A stretch of DNA of 62,350 nt, the filler included, from an uncultured bacterium (lineage in GTDB: Bacteria; CAYSBA01), in NCBI GenBank assembly GCA_964429075.1. It is 12 parts of 12 records of this genome, joined end to end, with 100 filler letters (N's around TTAATTAATTAA, not from the genome) between each part and the next. Parts side by side here need not be neighbours in the genome. Positions count along the whole stretch, not along the records: positions 21,143 to 26,306 come from CAYSBA010000117.1; positions 26,407 to 31,504 come from CAYSBA010000118.1; positions 31,605 to 36,698 come from CAYSBA010000119.1; 9 more parts are not named here. One strand, given 5' to 3'. Positions within the stretch are counted from its first letter, which is position 1. Every line of letters starts with the position of its first letter. This document shows, piece after piece, positions 21,970-31,674 of this stretch. Under the pieces are notes generated by a model. The model was not told the DNA's origin and made no database searches. It was given only the letters and a program-made list of their open reading frames with translations. A program made the translations under genes and the position numbers.

Positions 21970-22004
21970 CCATATAATAAGCATTTGAGACTCAAGGAGG
22001 TCTT

Positions 22005-22472
22005 TTGTCTGAAGAGCTTAAAAATAGGATAGAAGCACTAAAAAATCACTATAGAGAGTCTAAGGGTGCAATAATGCCTGCACTTCATATTATCCAGAAT
22101 GAAGGGATCCAAATTGATAAAGAAGCCGCTTATCTTGTTGCAGAGATTCTTGAGGTCCCTGTTACCGATGTATGGCAGGTTTATACCTTTTATACAATGT
22201 ATGCCAAAAGGCCGAGGGGTAAATTCCATATAGAGGTTTGTAGAAATATAAGCTGTTCGTTGATGGGAGCTGAGCATATTGTGGAAAGAATAAAGGAGAT
22301 GTTAAATATCGAGCCAGGTAGTATTTCTGAAGATAAAAGATTTTCCCTTGAGCTTGTAGAATGTCTTGGTTCCTGTGGTAGCGCACCTGTTATGTGTATC
22401 AATGGCAAGTATTATGAAAATGTTGACAAATCAAAATTGGAAGAGATCATAAATGAACTCAAACAAAAATGA
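22005..22472 (+). CDS. nuoE: NADH-quinone oxidoreductase subunit E
   Basis: TFYTMY, VC.NISC.L.GA, VECLGSC..AP [2Fe-2S] motif. AAGGAGGT SD before the TTG start. Confidence 0.93.
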   Translation: MSEELKNRIEALKNHYRESKGAIMPALHIIQNEGIQIDKEAAYLVAEILEVPVTDVWQVYTFYTMYAKRPRGKFHIEVCRNISCSLMGAEHIVERIKEMLNIEPGSISEDKRFSLELVECLGSCGSAPVMCINGKYYENVDKSKLEEIINELKQK

Positions 22473-23778
22473 AAAGGTACTAACAAGATACTGGGGCGAC
22501 CCTGACTTTGTGACCCTTAAGGGTTACAGAGAAAAGGGAGGATATAAAGGCCTTGAAAAGGCACTAAAGATGGAGCCCGCTGATATCATAGAGGAGGTAA
22601 AAAAAGCAAATCTGAACGGTAGAGGTGGTGCAGGTTTCCCTGCTGGTTTAAAATGGAGTTTTATGCCAAAGGATAAAGATATCCCAAAATACTTTGTTGT
22701 AAATGCAGATGAAGGTGAGCCTGGTACATTTAAAGATAGATACATTATATTACTCTCTCCACATCAATTGATCGAGGGCATCATTATTGCTTCCTATGCT
22801 GTTGGTGCAAATACTTCATATATATATATAAGGGGCGAATTTGTTGAAGAGGCAAAGATCCTTCAGAGGGCAATCGATGAGGCAAAGGAGGCAGGCTTTT
22901 TGGGGAAAGATATACTTAAGAGTGGGTTTGATCTTGAAATTCATATTCACAGAGGTGCAGGTGCATATATATGTGGTGAGGAGACAGCCCTTATGGAATC
23001 TATTGAGGGAAAACCTGGAAATCCAAGACTCAAGCCTCCCTTCCCTGCTCAGGTAGGAGTATTTGGCTATCCTACAACGGTAAACAATGTAGAGACTGTT
23101 GCAAATGTACCACATATCATAAACAACGGTGGAGAGTGGTTTGCCTCCCTTGGAACAGAGAAAAATGGTGGCACAAAATTGTACTGTTTAAGTGGGCGCG
23201 TAAAAAAGCCAGGCCTTTATGAACTCCCGATAGGCACGCCTTTAAGGGAGATAATCTACGAATATGGTGGTGGTATAATAGATGACAAAGAACTGAAGGC
23301 AGTTATTCCAGGTGGATCTTCTGCACCAGTTTTAAGGCCTGATGAGATAGATGTAAAGATGGACTATGCATCACTTGCAGAGATAGGTTCGATGCTTGGT
23401 TCTGGCGGTATTATTGTTATGGACCAGACAGTATGTCTTGTACGCTCCCTTATGATACTGTCTCGTTTTTATGCCCACGAATCCTGTGGACAGTGTACTC
23501 CCTGTCGTGAGGGAACATACTGGCTTTACCGCATAGTCGAGAGGATTGAAAAAGGCGAGGGGAAGGAAGGAGATATTGACCTTCTAACAGACATATGTGA
23601 ATCTATTATGGGCCATACTATCTGTCCTCTTGGGGATGCAGCATCTATGCCTGTTATGGGTTTTGTTAAAAAATTTAGAGAGGAATTTGAAGAGCACATC
23701 AAAAACAAAAGGTGTCCTTATGAAAGTTTTGGCTGGAGGGCATCAGATAGATCTTCTTACAGGAGGTGGAATATTTAA
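22453..23778 (+). CDS. nuoF: NADH-quinone oxidoreductase subunit F
   Basis: GRGGAGFP.G.KW, NADEGEPGTFKDR, GAGAYICGEETAL, ESCGQCTPCREG, TICPLGDA. Confidence 0.96.
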   Translation: MNSNKNEKVLTRYWGDPDFVTLKGYREKGGYKGLEKALKMEPADIIEEVKKANLNGRGGAGFPAGLKWSFMPKDKDIPKYFVVNADEGEPGTFKDRYIILLSPHQLIEGIIIASYAVGANTSYIYIRGEFVEEAKILQRAIDEAKEAGFLGKDILKSGFDLEIHIHRGAGAYICGEETALMESIEGKPGNPRLKPPFPAQVGVFGYPTTVNNVETVANVPHIINNGGEWFASLGTEKNGGTKLYCLSGRVKKPGLYELPIGTPLREIIYEYGGGIIDDKELKAVIPGGSSAPVLRPDEIDVKMDYASLAEIGSMLGSGGIIVMDQTVCLVRSLMILSRFYAHESCGQCTPCREGTYWLYRIVERIEKGEGKEGDIDLLTDICESIMGHTICPLGDAASMPVMGFVKKFREEFEEHIKNKRCPYESFGWRASDRSSYRRWNI

Positions 23779-23779
23779 T

Positions 23780-24295
23780 ATGCATAGCTCAATCTGGCAT
23801 ACTCTGCTTTTCTGGATTTTTTCTGTTGGTCTGCTTTCTTCAGCTATAACTGCTGTAAGCGCAAAAAAACCAATACATTCAGCTGTTGGTCTTCTGGTCT
23901 CCTCATTGTTCCTTGCAGGAATATACTTTTTATTGAGTTCTCCATTTATTGCTGCTATGCAGATTATTATTTACTCAGGTGCTGTTCTGGTTCTTTTTGT
24001 AATAGCAATTATGCTTACAGGTGGTATAGAAAATCACAAACGCATTACAAAATCCAGAATAATCGGTGCCCTTGCTGGCATTGTTATAGCACTGATAGTT
24101 GTTGTTATTATACTTTTAAATGTTGTATCATTCAAAAATGTTAAGCTCCAGAATCTTGCTCCAGATTTTGGTACCGCATCTGGTGTTGGTACCATATTGT
24201 TTCAAAGACACATGTTTGCCTTTGAATTGACTTCTGCACTATTTCTTGTGGCACTTTTTGGATCAATATTGATTGCAAAAAGGAGACTAAGATGA
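23780..24295 (+). CDS. nuoJ: NADH-quinone oxidoreductase subunit J
   Basis: PIHSA..L, F.AAMQIIIY.GAV.VLFV..IML, FEL.S...LVA..G. ATG at 23780 directly after the nuoF stop. Confidence 0.9.
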   Translation: MHSSIWHTLLFWIFSVGLLSSAITAVSAKKPIHSAVGLLVSSLFLAGIYFLLSSPFIAAMQIIIYSGAVLVLFVIAIMLTGGIENHKRITKSRIIGALAGIVIALIVVVIILLNVVSFKNVKLQNLAPDFGTASGVGTILFQRHMFAFELTSALFLVALFGSILIAKRRLR

Positions 24296-24603
24296 ATCTT
24301 GAGCCTACACAGGCACACTATCTCTATCTTGCCATCGTGCTGTTTGTGATAGGGATATGGGGATTTGTATCAAGAAGAAACCTGATCGTAATTCTAATTT
24401 CTATCGAGTTAATGCTTAATTCAGCATCGCTTGCCATGATGACCTTCTCACGCTATCTTCTCGACAACAGCGGTCAGATTTACACACTTTTTATACTTGT
24501 AGTATCGGCCTGTGAGGCTGCAGTAGGTCTTGCAATAATATTGAATCTTGTCAGAAATGAAGGAAATCTTGATATTGATGATTACAGTCGTTTGAAGGGA
24601 TGA
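24292..24603 (+). CDS. nuoK: NADH-quinone oxidoreductase subunit K
   Basis: RRNLI.IL.SIELMLN, GQ....F...V.ACEAAVGLAI. Confidence 0.95.
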   Translation: MNLEPTQAHYLYLAIVLFVIGIWGFVSRRNLIVILISIELMLNSASLAMMTFSRYLLDNSGQIYTLFILVVSACEAAVGLAIILNLVRNEGNLDIDDYSRLKG

Positions 24604-26306
24604 TGGAAAAGGCACTTGCATATTTAGTATTGATACCCCTAATAGGATCTTTTATTAATGGGATCTTCGGGAGATGGTTTAAAGAAAGACTTATCTCTAC
24701 AATTGGTGTGGGTTCAGTTCTTATATCTTTTGTTATTGCCCTATTTTTATTCAACCATATACTGGCCGGTCAAAAAGAGATTAGCTACACCCTTTATAAC
24801 TGGTTTACAGCTGGAAATTTCAAAGTAGATGTATCCTTTTTGGTTGACCATCTATCAATATTAATGGTGTTGGTTGTTACAGGCGTTGGATCGCTCATTC
24901 ATTTTTATTCAATCGGCTACATGCATGGTGACAAATCCTACTGGAGATATTTTAGTTATCTTAATCTTTTTGTTTTCTTCATGCTTACCCTTGTAACTGC
25001 CTCAAATCTTCTGTTACTTTTTGTAGGATGGGAGGGAGTAGGATTATGTTCATATCTCCTTATTGGATTCTGGTTTGAGGACCCGGAAAAGGCAAAGGCA
25101 GGCAAAAAGGCATTTGTTGTAAATAGAATAGGTGACTTTGGATTCATTCTCGGGATCTTTCTTTTGATATACTATGTCGGTGATTTAGATTTCCATATAC
25201 TTTCAATCAAGGCGTCATCCCTATCAAAGACGGTTGCAACCCTCTCTACCCTATTTTTATTTGTTGGAGCTACAGGAAAGAGTGCACAGATACCGCTCTA
25301 TATCTGGCTGCCTGATGCAATGGCAGGTCCAACACCGGTCAGTGCTCTTATACATGCTGCCACAATGGTTACTGCCGGAGTTTACATGATCCTTCGTCTT
25401 AACCATCTGTTTGTGATGGCTCCTTTTACCATGGCAGTGGTTGCCATTGTTGGTACCGCTACTGCCTTTTTTGCAGCAACCATTGCCATAACTCAGAAAG
25501 ATATCAAGAAGGTATTGGCTTACTCGACAGTCAGTCAGCTTGGCTATATGTTCATGGCAGCTGGTATTGGGGCATTTACTGCAGCTTTGTTTCATCTAAT
25601 CACGCATGCATTTTTTAAGGCATGTCTGTTTTTGGGTGCAGGAAGTGTGATCCATGGTATGGATGGTGAACAGGATATGACAAAGATGGGTGGACTCAGA
25701 AAATATATGCCTATCACACGGTGGACAATGCTTATCGCGACCCTTGCAATCTCAGGTTTTCCTCCATTTTCTGGTTTCTTTTCAAAAGATGAGATACTTT
25801 CATCTGCATTTGCAACAGATGTTCTTGGGATAGGGTCATTAAGGTATATCATATGGGGGATAGGTCTTATCACAGCCATCCTGACAGCGACCTACATGTT
25901 TAGACTATATTTTCTTACCTTTTCTGGTAATGAGAGATTTTCTGATATTCATCCCCATGAATCACCATTCACGATGACCTCAGTTCTTGTAGTACTTGCC
26001 ATCCTGTCACTCTTTGGTGGATTGATTGGCATAAGTGGGCTGGTTGCGGATATGATCGGTTATCACGGTTTTATGGAATCTTTTTTAGAACCATTGTGGG
26101 GAGTGGTGCCATTTGAGAGATTACATGAACCTGTAAGGACAGAGGTTTTACTTTTGATATTCTCAGTCCTTGCTGTTACTCTCGGTTTTCTTATTTCATA
26201 TTCAATCTTTAAAGATGGTCTTGAGTCTGCTTCAAAGATTGCTGACAAACTGGGTGTAATTTACAGAGGTTCATTTAATAAATGGTATGTTGATGAAATC
26301 TATCAC
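24600..26306 (+). CDS. nuoL: NADH-quinone oxidoreductase subunit L, 3'-truncated
   Basis: GWEGVGLCSYLLIGFW, GKSAQ.PL..WLPDAMAGPTPVSALIHAATMVTAGVY, HAFFKACLFLGAG. Confidence 0.95.
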
Positions 26307-26406
26307 NNNNNNNNNNNNNNNNNNNNNNNNNNNNNNNNNNNNNNNNNNNNTTAATTAATTAANNNNNNNNNNNNNNNNNNNNNNNNNNNNNNNNNNNNNN
26401 NNNNNN
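26307..26406. other. Artificial contig linker
   Basis: N44-TTAATTAATTAA-N44. Confidence 0.99.
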
Positions 26407-27002
26407 CAAAGGTGCCATTTTCAAAACTTAGAAAAGGTGCCCTCGATCAGGATGAGATAACACGAATTATGGGGGCTGCAAACATCCTTGCTGAAAGTAA
26501 TAATATCTTTTTTATTGAGACATCCTTTTTGACCCTTGAGACGCTTACAGCAAAGGTCTTAAGAGCTGTCTCTGAGTATAAGATTGGTTTGATTATACTC
26601 GATTATTTACAGCTTATGGGTGGAGGTAAAGAACAGCCTTCAGAAAGAGAGAAGTTTGTATCCCAGATATCGAGAGGTCTTAAACAGCTGGCAAAAAAAA
26701 CCCATTTACCGATTATTGCCCTTGCTCAACTCAATCGTGAAGTAGAAAAGCGTAATCCACCCAGACCGCGATTATCAGATCTAAGGGAATCCGGTGCTAT
26801 TGAACAGGATGCAGACCTTGTTCTGTTACTGTATAGACCTGAATACTACTTTAAAGATAGGCCAGAATTTCATAGAGTAGCAGAGCTCGAGATTGCAAAA
26901 CACAGGAATGGACCTCTTGGTAAGGTGGAGCTTGTTTTCTTTCAGGAATTTATGACATTTGAGAACCGTGCAATTGATTATGAAGAGCTGCCTGAGACCT
27001 GA
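26407..27002 (+). CDS. dnaB: Replicative DNA helicase DnaB, C-terminal part (5'-truncated)
   Basis: LDYLQLM, ISRGLKQLAK, QLNR.VEKR...RP.LSDLRESGAIEQDAD, IAKHRNGP.G. Confidence 0.95.
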
Positions 27003-27711
27003 ATTTCTGATAAATAAATCTTGTTGCCTTTAATACAGATAAATCCAGCTCAAATCCTCTGGCAAGATAGACAGATATTGCGGTTGAGAGGATACAGCCA
27101 CTACCTCTAAGAGAGATTTCTACCGGATTTTTATAGATCCTGAGAGGTCGATTACCGTTATATAAGATGTCCATAAGAGGTTGATTTACAGGTAGATGGC
27201 CACCCTTTATTAGAACAGCGCAACCAAATTCTTTGTAAATCTTTTCTGCAGCCTTAAGCATATCTTCTGTATCATTTATCTCTATGCCGGACAATTCCTG
27301 TGCTTCTTGTAGGTTGGGGGTAATCAGACTAACATGTGGTAATAATGTATACAGGTCTTTGATGCTAAGAGATGTGAGATTTTCATCAAGAGTACTCTTG
27401 ACTACAGGGTCAAACACCACATTTTGAGGATTATTAACTGAAAGCCAATCTATAATTATTCTCAACTGATGCTCTGATGTTATCAATCCAATTTTTATCG
27501 CATCTACTTTATTATGAATAGATAGCAGTTTTTTTATTATCTCTAAAGGAAGCTCAGTTGAGAAGATGATCCCATCTTTTGGATCCTGGGGGATTAAGGT
27601 TGTTGGAATCACATATGGATGGACCTTCAATTCTGTACATACAGCAAGGTCCTTTATCATTCCGGCAGTACCCAAGGTATCAAGCCCTGATATAATTAAG
27701 ATTTTTCTCAT
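26950..27711 (-). CDS. thiD: Hydroxymethylpyrimidine/phosphomethylpyrimidine kinase
   Basis: ISGLD..G.AG...DL, AIKIG, DPV, LITPNL.EA..L, VLIKGGH, RGSGC.LS.AI; next to thiE. Confidence 0.85.
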   Translation of the reverse strand: MRKILIISGLDTLGTAGMIKDLAVCTELKVHPYVIPTTLIPQDPKDGIIFSTELPLEIIKKLLSIHNKVDAIKIGLITSEHQLRIIIDWLSVNNPQNVVFDPVVKSTLDENLTSLSIKDLYTLLPHVSLITPNLQEAQELSGIEINDTEDMLKAAEKIYKEFGCAVLIKGGHLPVNQPLMDILYNGNRPLRIYKNPVEISLRGSGCILSTAISVYLARGFELDLSVLKATRFIYQKFRSQAALHNQLHGSQMS

Positions 27712-28321
27712 ATTCCAATACCTTTCTAAAGATCATAGAATCATCATACATCAACCTTGTAAGATAGGAGAAGGCAACAAGATCTACCCCTGTTTTGAGA
27801 GTCTGAATGACCCTCTCGGGGCTATTGATACCACCTATCGCACATACAGGAACGGGTGAGTTCTGAATAATCTGTTGCAATCTTAGAGTCCCTTTAGGTT
27901 GAAGGGATGTCTTTTTGGTGTCTGAAGCAAAGATTGGGCCAAAACCCACATAGTCTACACTTTTTAGTGCAATATCCTGTAAATCTTTTATACTATGTGT
28001 CGAATATCCGATGATTAATTCAGGAAATTTTTTCTTTATGCTTTCTGGGGGTATATCATCTTGACCCATATGAACCCCATCTGCACCAACAAGAAGTGCA
28101 ATATCGAATCTATCATTTATTATAAATTTTGTCTTTGTATGCTCAAATATCTTTTTTAACTCGTATAAAAAAAAAAAAAATTCACGATCATTGAGCCTCT
28201 TTATTCTGAGTTGAATAATCGAGACCATATTTCTGAATACTTTTGCAGCCTTAATGAATTCATTTCTCTTGAAGTATGTATCATCGAGAATAGGGTATAG
28301 TCCTTTTATTTTACTCATCAT
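27680..28321 (-). CDS. thiE: Thiamine-phosphate synthase
   Basis: IQLRIK, IIND..DIA....ADGVHMGQDD, G.STHS, DYVGFGPIF...TK, AIGGI. Confidence 0.9.
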   Translation of the reverse strand: MMSKIKGLYPILDDTYFKRNEFIKAAKVFRNMVSIIQLRIKRLNDREFFFFLYELKKIFEHTKTKFIINDRFDIALLVGADGVHMGQDDIPPESIKKKFPELIIGYSTHSIKDLQDIALKSVDYVGFGPIFASDTKKTSLQPKGTLRLQQIIQNSPVPVCAIGGINSPERVIQTLKTGVDLVAFSYLTRLMYDDSMIFRKVLEYEKNLNYIRA

Positions 28322-29555
28322 CCTTACTTTTGATCATAATACCAAGACTCTTTAGCCTTTTGTAGAACGTGGCCCTATTCATACCAAGCACTCTGGCAGA
28401 TTTGCTTATATTCCCAGAACATTTTTTTAATGCCGACTCGATGAGGAACCTATCAAGTATACCTGTAAGTGTGTGGTAAGTGCCCTGAAAACCGGTTCTT
28501 ATTGCAAGTTCTATAGTGTCATCAACCCTTTTTTTCAAGAGGGTGTTTAATCCCCTTTTTTCAAATTGTCTCAGCAATATCTGTGAACCTATATATTCAA
28601 GATGCTTTTGGTCTGTCTGGAGTATATTCTGGATAAATTGAGACAAAAGATCATACGTGATTTCTATATCTGTTGATAAAAGTATTTTTGCAATACTTGA
28701 GCATATTCGTTCGATGCTGTTTATATCAAAATTTTGAGACCTTGCAAGTAGTCTCTGAATTACATAAAATAGGTCCATAGGATTTTTTAAAGGTGATGGA
28801 AAAAAAAAGATACCGGCCATTTCGTTGAGTTCATTGAATAATTCGAGATTATCCCCGATGCTGTTATTACACAGGACAACGAGAGTTTTTTTATCACTTG
28901 AGAGCATAAGAATATTTTTAGTCTCTTCGATTGATCTTGTTGTTGTATAGAGTACAGGGGCAAGATCATTCCGCAGTAAATAAGACTCAATATCTTTTAT
29001 CTTAGTGCTGACCTTAATGAAATAGTATCTCGATGATCCTGTATCTCTTAGATATTTAAAGATTTCACGGCCAAAAAACATATCTGGATCGGTCACAACT
29101 ATCAATTTATCTGCAGTTGACCAGATTTTCTTAAGATGAGCGAGCAGAAATTTTGTGCGCATTGATCTGCCAATGATTGCAGAGCTTTTATATGTTCTAA
29201 CAGGAGTTCTGAATATCTTGAGGATGTAAAAAACGTCATCCATACTGTAGGGTACAAAGAGTAGATCGTCTAAAATACCTGTTGTTGTCATAATAGGTAA
29301 AGTTTCGATCTGAGCTTTATGTAGTATTGCAACTATTGTTAATTTCCTCTTTGCAGGAAGTTCTGATAATATCTTTTTAAGCTGTTGTTGATTTTGATCA
29401 ATAAGATCGAGAAAAAGAAGCCCATTTTGGCCATAGAGCGGTTTGAGACCATATAGGCCTACGAATCTGGCAGGTATATTGGTAAGATTTCTAAAATATT
29501 CAAGTCTAGCCCTTTTTTTTGCAGAATAGAAGATCCCTGCAACATCATGTGGCAT
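28311..29555 (-). CDS. Divergent regulator with C-terminal Fis-type HTH (degenerate NtrC-like architecture)
   Basis: C-terminal ALKKCSGNISKSARVLGMNRATFYKRLKSLGI and an IIGRS..M-like linker. No recognisable Walker A or GAFTGA. Confidence 0.6.
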   Translation of the reverse strand: MPHDVAGIFYSAKKRARLEYFRNLTNIPARFVGLYGLKPLYGQNGLLFLDLIDQNQQQLKKILSELPAKRKLTIVAILHKAQIETLPIMTTTGILDDLLFVPYSMDDVFYILKIFRTPVRTYKSSAIIGRSMRTKFLLAHLKKIWSTADKLIVVTDPDMFFGREIFKYLRDTGSSRYYFIKVSTKIKDIESYLLRNDLAPVLYTTTRSIEETKNILMLSSDKKTLVVLCNNSIGDNLELFNELNEMAGIFFFPSPLKNPMDLFYVIQRLLARSQNFDINSIERICSSIAKILLSTDIEITYDLLSQFIQNILQTDQKHLEYIGSQILLRQFEKRGLNTLLKKRVDDTIELAIRTGFQGTYHTLTGILDRFLIESALKKCSGNISKSARVLGMNRATFYKRLKSLGIMIKSKDDE

Positions 29556-29556
29556 T

Positions 29557-31011
29557 TTAATATCCTCTTGATTTTAAAAGAGTTGCAATTTCTAAATAAA
29601 AGTTTAGATAGTCAAAACCGTCGGTATCACCGGCAAAGTGTCCTACCTCATCAATATGATCTGCATGTATTTTGCGTCTGAATTCACCCCATTTAGCACT
29701 TCTTACAGAGACCATACCATCGTTTATTCCTTCGTTGCTTTTCAGGATAATATAGGTAGATTCAAAGAGTGGATCCATAGGGTTACCGCTCAGACCAAGG
29801 GGATCAGCATATCCTGCAAAGGATATGTAATCTACATCTGGGGAATCAGGACATGATGGATTGAATGTATTTTCAACATAGTCGGTTGTAAGTTGTTGGA
29901 CAGCCACAAAGTTGAGTCCAAGCCTGCCGAAGAGGAGGTTTGCAGCATCAATACCAAGCTGTCCTGTGGATGAAATAGCAAAATCAGCAACAGAGGTACC
30001 TCTGTGGGGTGTTGATATTGTTACAAGGGATTTTACCATCTTTTCCATACCGAGTTTACAGATTAGATATCTTGAGTCAAGTCCACCCATACTGTGGGCT
30101 ATGATATTGACAGGACCGGAGGTGATTTGCCGGATCTGTTCTTTTAGCTCAGTTGCTCTGTATTCTATTGAATTGACCGCTGATAGGGCAGGTGTGTATA
30201 CCTCATATCCATAAGATTCAAGATATTCCTTTACATGATAGAAGTATTCTACACTCATAATTTCTGAAAATCCCATAAACCCGTGTACAAGTATTACAGG
30301 AAAGATTGTACCTGTCTTATCAGAGGGGATCTGCCTTATCTGTGCAATAGCAGGAAGACTTCTGTTTCCATATTCATCTACGGCAAAAATCCTTAGGGTA
30401 TTTAACTGATTGTAGTGTAGTGCAACACCAACAGTAAATCTTCCATCTTCAAGGGAACAGCTTGAATGAGCCGGATATGGAGTTCCTTCAACTTCAATTG
30501 CAAGACCATTCTCACAATGTCCACTCAGAGTAACCTGTCTTGATCCAGTTTCATTTTCATATGGATCAAGGATAGGTGTATCTGGTCTCTTTGAAGATCC
30601 AGACTTTATCTTTTGTGTGATGTTTATTGAAGCAGGTAGACTCATCAGACCATCTCGTTCTGCATAAACAAGTAGATGATTTACACTGTTAAGAATAAGC
30701 GGTACCTCTATGGAGAATGAACCATCTGCAAGAGCAGAGCCTCTTTTTTCCTCAAGCCCACCGATTACAACAATATTTACCCATGACTCAGCAGATCCTC
30801 TTATTATAAAAGAGGTTTCATAGGTAAAGGCATCCCCGGAGTACAGGATTGGAGTATCTGGTGGTTTTTGTTTTAATGTTTGGTCGGGGTTTATATAATT
30901 GTGGTCTAAATCTTCTTTGTTGATTTCTACTTGACTATTTGGACAGCCATAAAATAAAAAAATAACATATAAAACGATGCAGCTATCTTTACAAAATGAC
31001 CTTTTTTTCAT
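29557..31011 (-). CDS. Lipoprotein with two Ig-like repeats and C-terminal alpha/beta-hydrolase triacylglycerol lipase domain
   Basis: Lipobox FYGC, two P.DTP.L...DG.F...V.L..N..N repeats, PVILVHG, AHSMGGLDSRY, STPHRG, NDGMVS, DH. Confidence 0.85.
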   Translation of the reverse strand: MKKRSFCKDSCIVLYVIFLFYGCPNSQVEINKEDLDHNYINPDQTLKQKPPDTPILYSGDAFTYETSFIIRGSAESWVNIVVIGGLEEKRGSALADGSFSIEVPLILNSVNHLLVYAERDGLMSLPASINITQKIKSGSSKRPDTPILDPYENETGSRQVTLSGHCENGLAIEVEGTPYPAHSSCSLEDGRFTVGVALHYNQLNTLRIFAVDEYGNRSLPAIAQIRQIPSDKTGTIFPVILVHGFMGFSEIMSVEYFYHVKEYLESYGYEVYTPALSAVNSIEYRATELKEQIRQITSGPVNIIAHSMGGLDSRYLICKLGMEKMVKSLVTISTPHRGTSVADFAISSTGQLGIDAANLLFGRLGLNFVAVQQLTTDYVENTFNPSCPDSPDVDYISFAGYADPLGLSGNPMDPLFESTYIILKSNEGINDGMVSVRSAKWGEFRRKIHADHIDEVGHFAGDTDGFDYLNFYLEIATLLKSRGY

Positions 31012-31093
31012 AATGATTATCTACCACAATTTTTTATCAACGTCCATATGACCTATTGTATTTTATTGTATAAAAGATAAGATTAAAATTGAT

Positions 31094-31504
31094 ATGCTTC
31101 TGAAATTTCATAGAATAAGAAGAAGTGAAAAGGGGCAGGCACTTGTTCTTGGTGCAGTAACTGTTCTTCTGCTTGCCTTTGCTGTTATGATGACAATTAA
31201 TATTGGCGATGCGGTCTATGAAAAAATCAAACTTCAGAACAACGCTGATTCTGTAGCATATTCCACTGCGGCTGTAGAGGCAAGGGCACTCAATTTCATT
31301 GCCTATCTAAACAGGGCGCAGGTGGTGCATTATGTTTCGATGATGACACTAATTTCTTATCTGTCTTACGCTTATTATATTAAGGTAGTTGTCGGGGCAA
31401 TATCAACCATTTTATCAATAATATTTCCGCCTCTTGCAGGCATTCTGGCCCAGATAAACCAAATACTCGGTACAATTGTTCAGGTTCTGGATTATGCAAT
31501 TGTA
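31094..31504 (+). CDS. TadG/Tad pilus-associated N-terminal domain protein, 3'-truncated
   Basis: Prepilin-like EKGQALV + TM, KIKLQNNADS.AYS.A...AR.LN..AY.NR. Confidence 0.8.
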
Positions 31505-31604
31505 NNNNNNNNNNNNNNNNNNNNNNNNNNNNNNNNNNNNNNNNNNNNTTAATTAATTAANNNNNNNNNNNNNNNNNNNNNNNNNNNNNNNNNNNNNNNN
31601 NNNN
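31505..31604. other. Artificial contig linker
   Basis: N44-TTAATTAATTAA-N44. Confidence 0.99.
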
Positions 31605-31656
31605 CCCTTATGGTATCTCTTAATATTCTGTGTTCCTGATCGAGTTCAAAATTCAT
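31605..31656 (-). CDS. Acyl-CoA dehydrogenase N-terminal fragment (truncated by contig end)
   Basis: Manual translation MNFELDQEHRILRDTIR with AGGAGG SD, directly downstream of hbd-crt. Typical acyl-CoA dehydrogenase start. Confidence 0.65.
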
Positions 31657-31674
31657 GACCACCTCCTTTTGTTT

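Noticed and set aside
21955..21978. TTGACA...TATAAT upstream of nuoE (and TTGACA at 85-90 upstream of SCP2)
   Set aside because: The spacer is only 12 nt, and no good -10 hexamer sits at 16-18 nt, so it is not called as a promoter.
23597..23779. N-terminal extension of nuoJ in the ORF track (likewise 32455-32526 for crt and 54897-54992 for the ABC ATPase)
   Set aside because: These overlap the upstream genes. Downstream ATGs fit family length and, for crt and the ATPase, have clear SD sequences.
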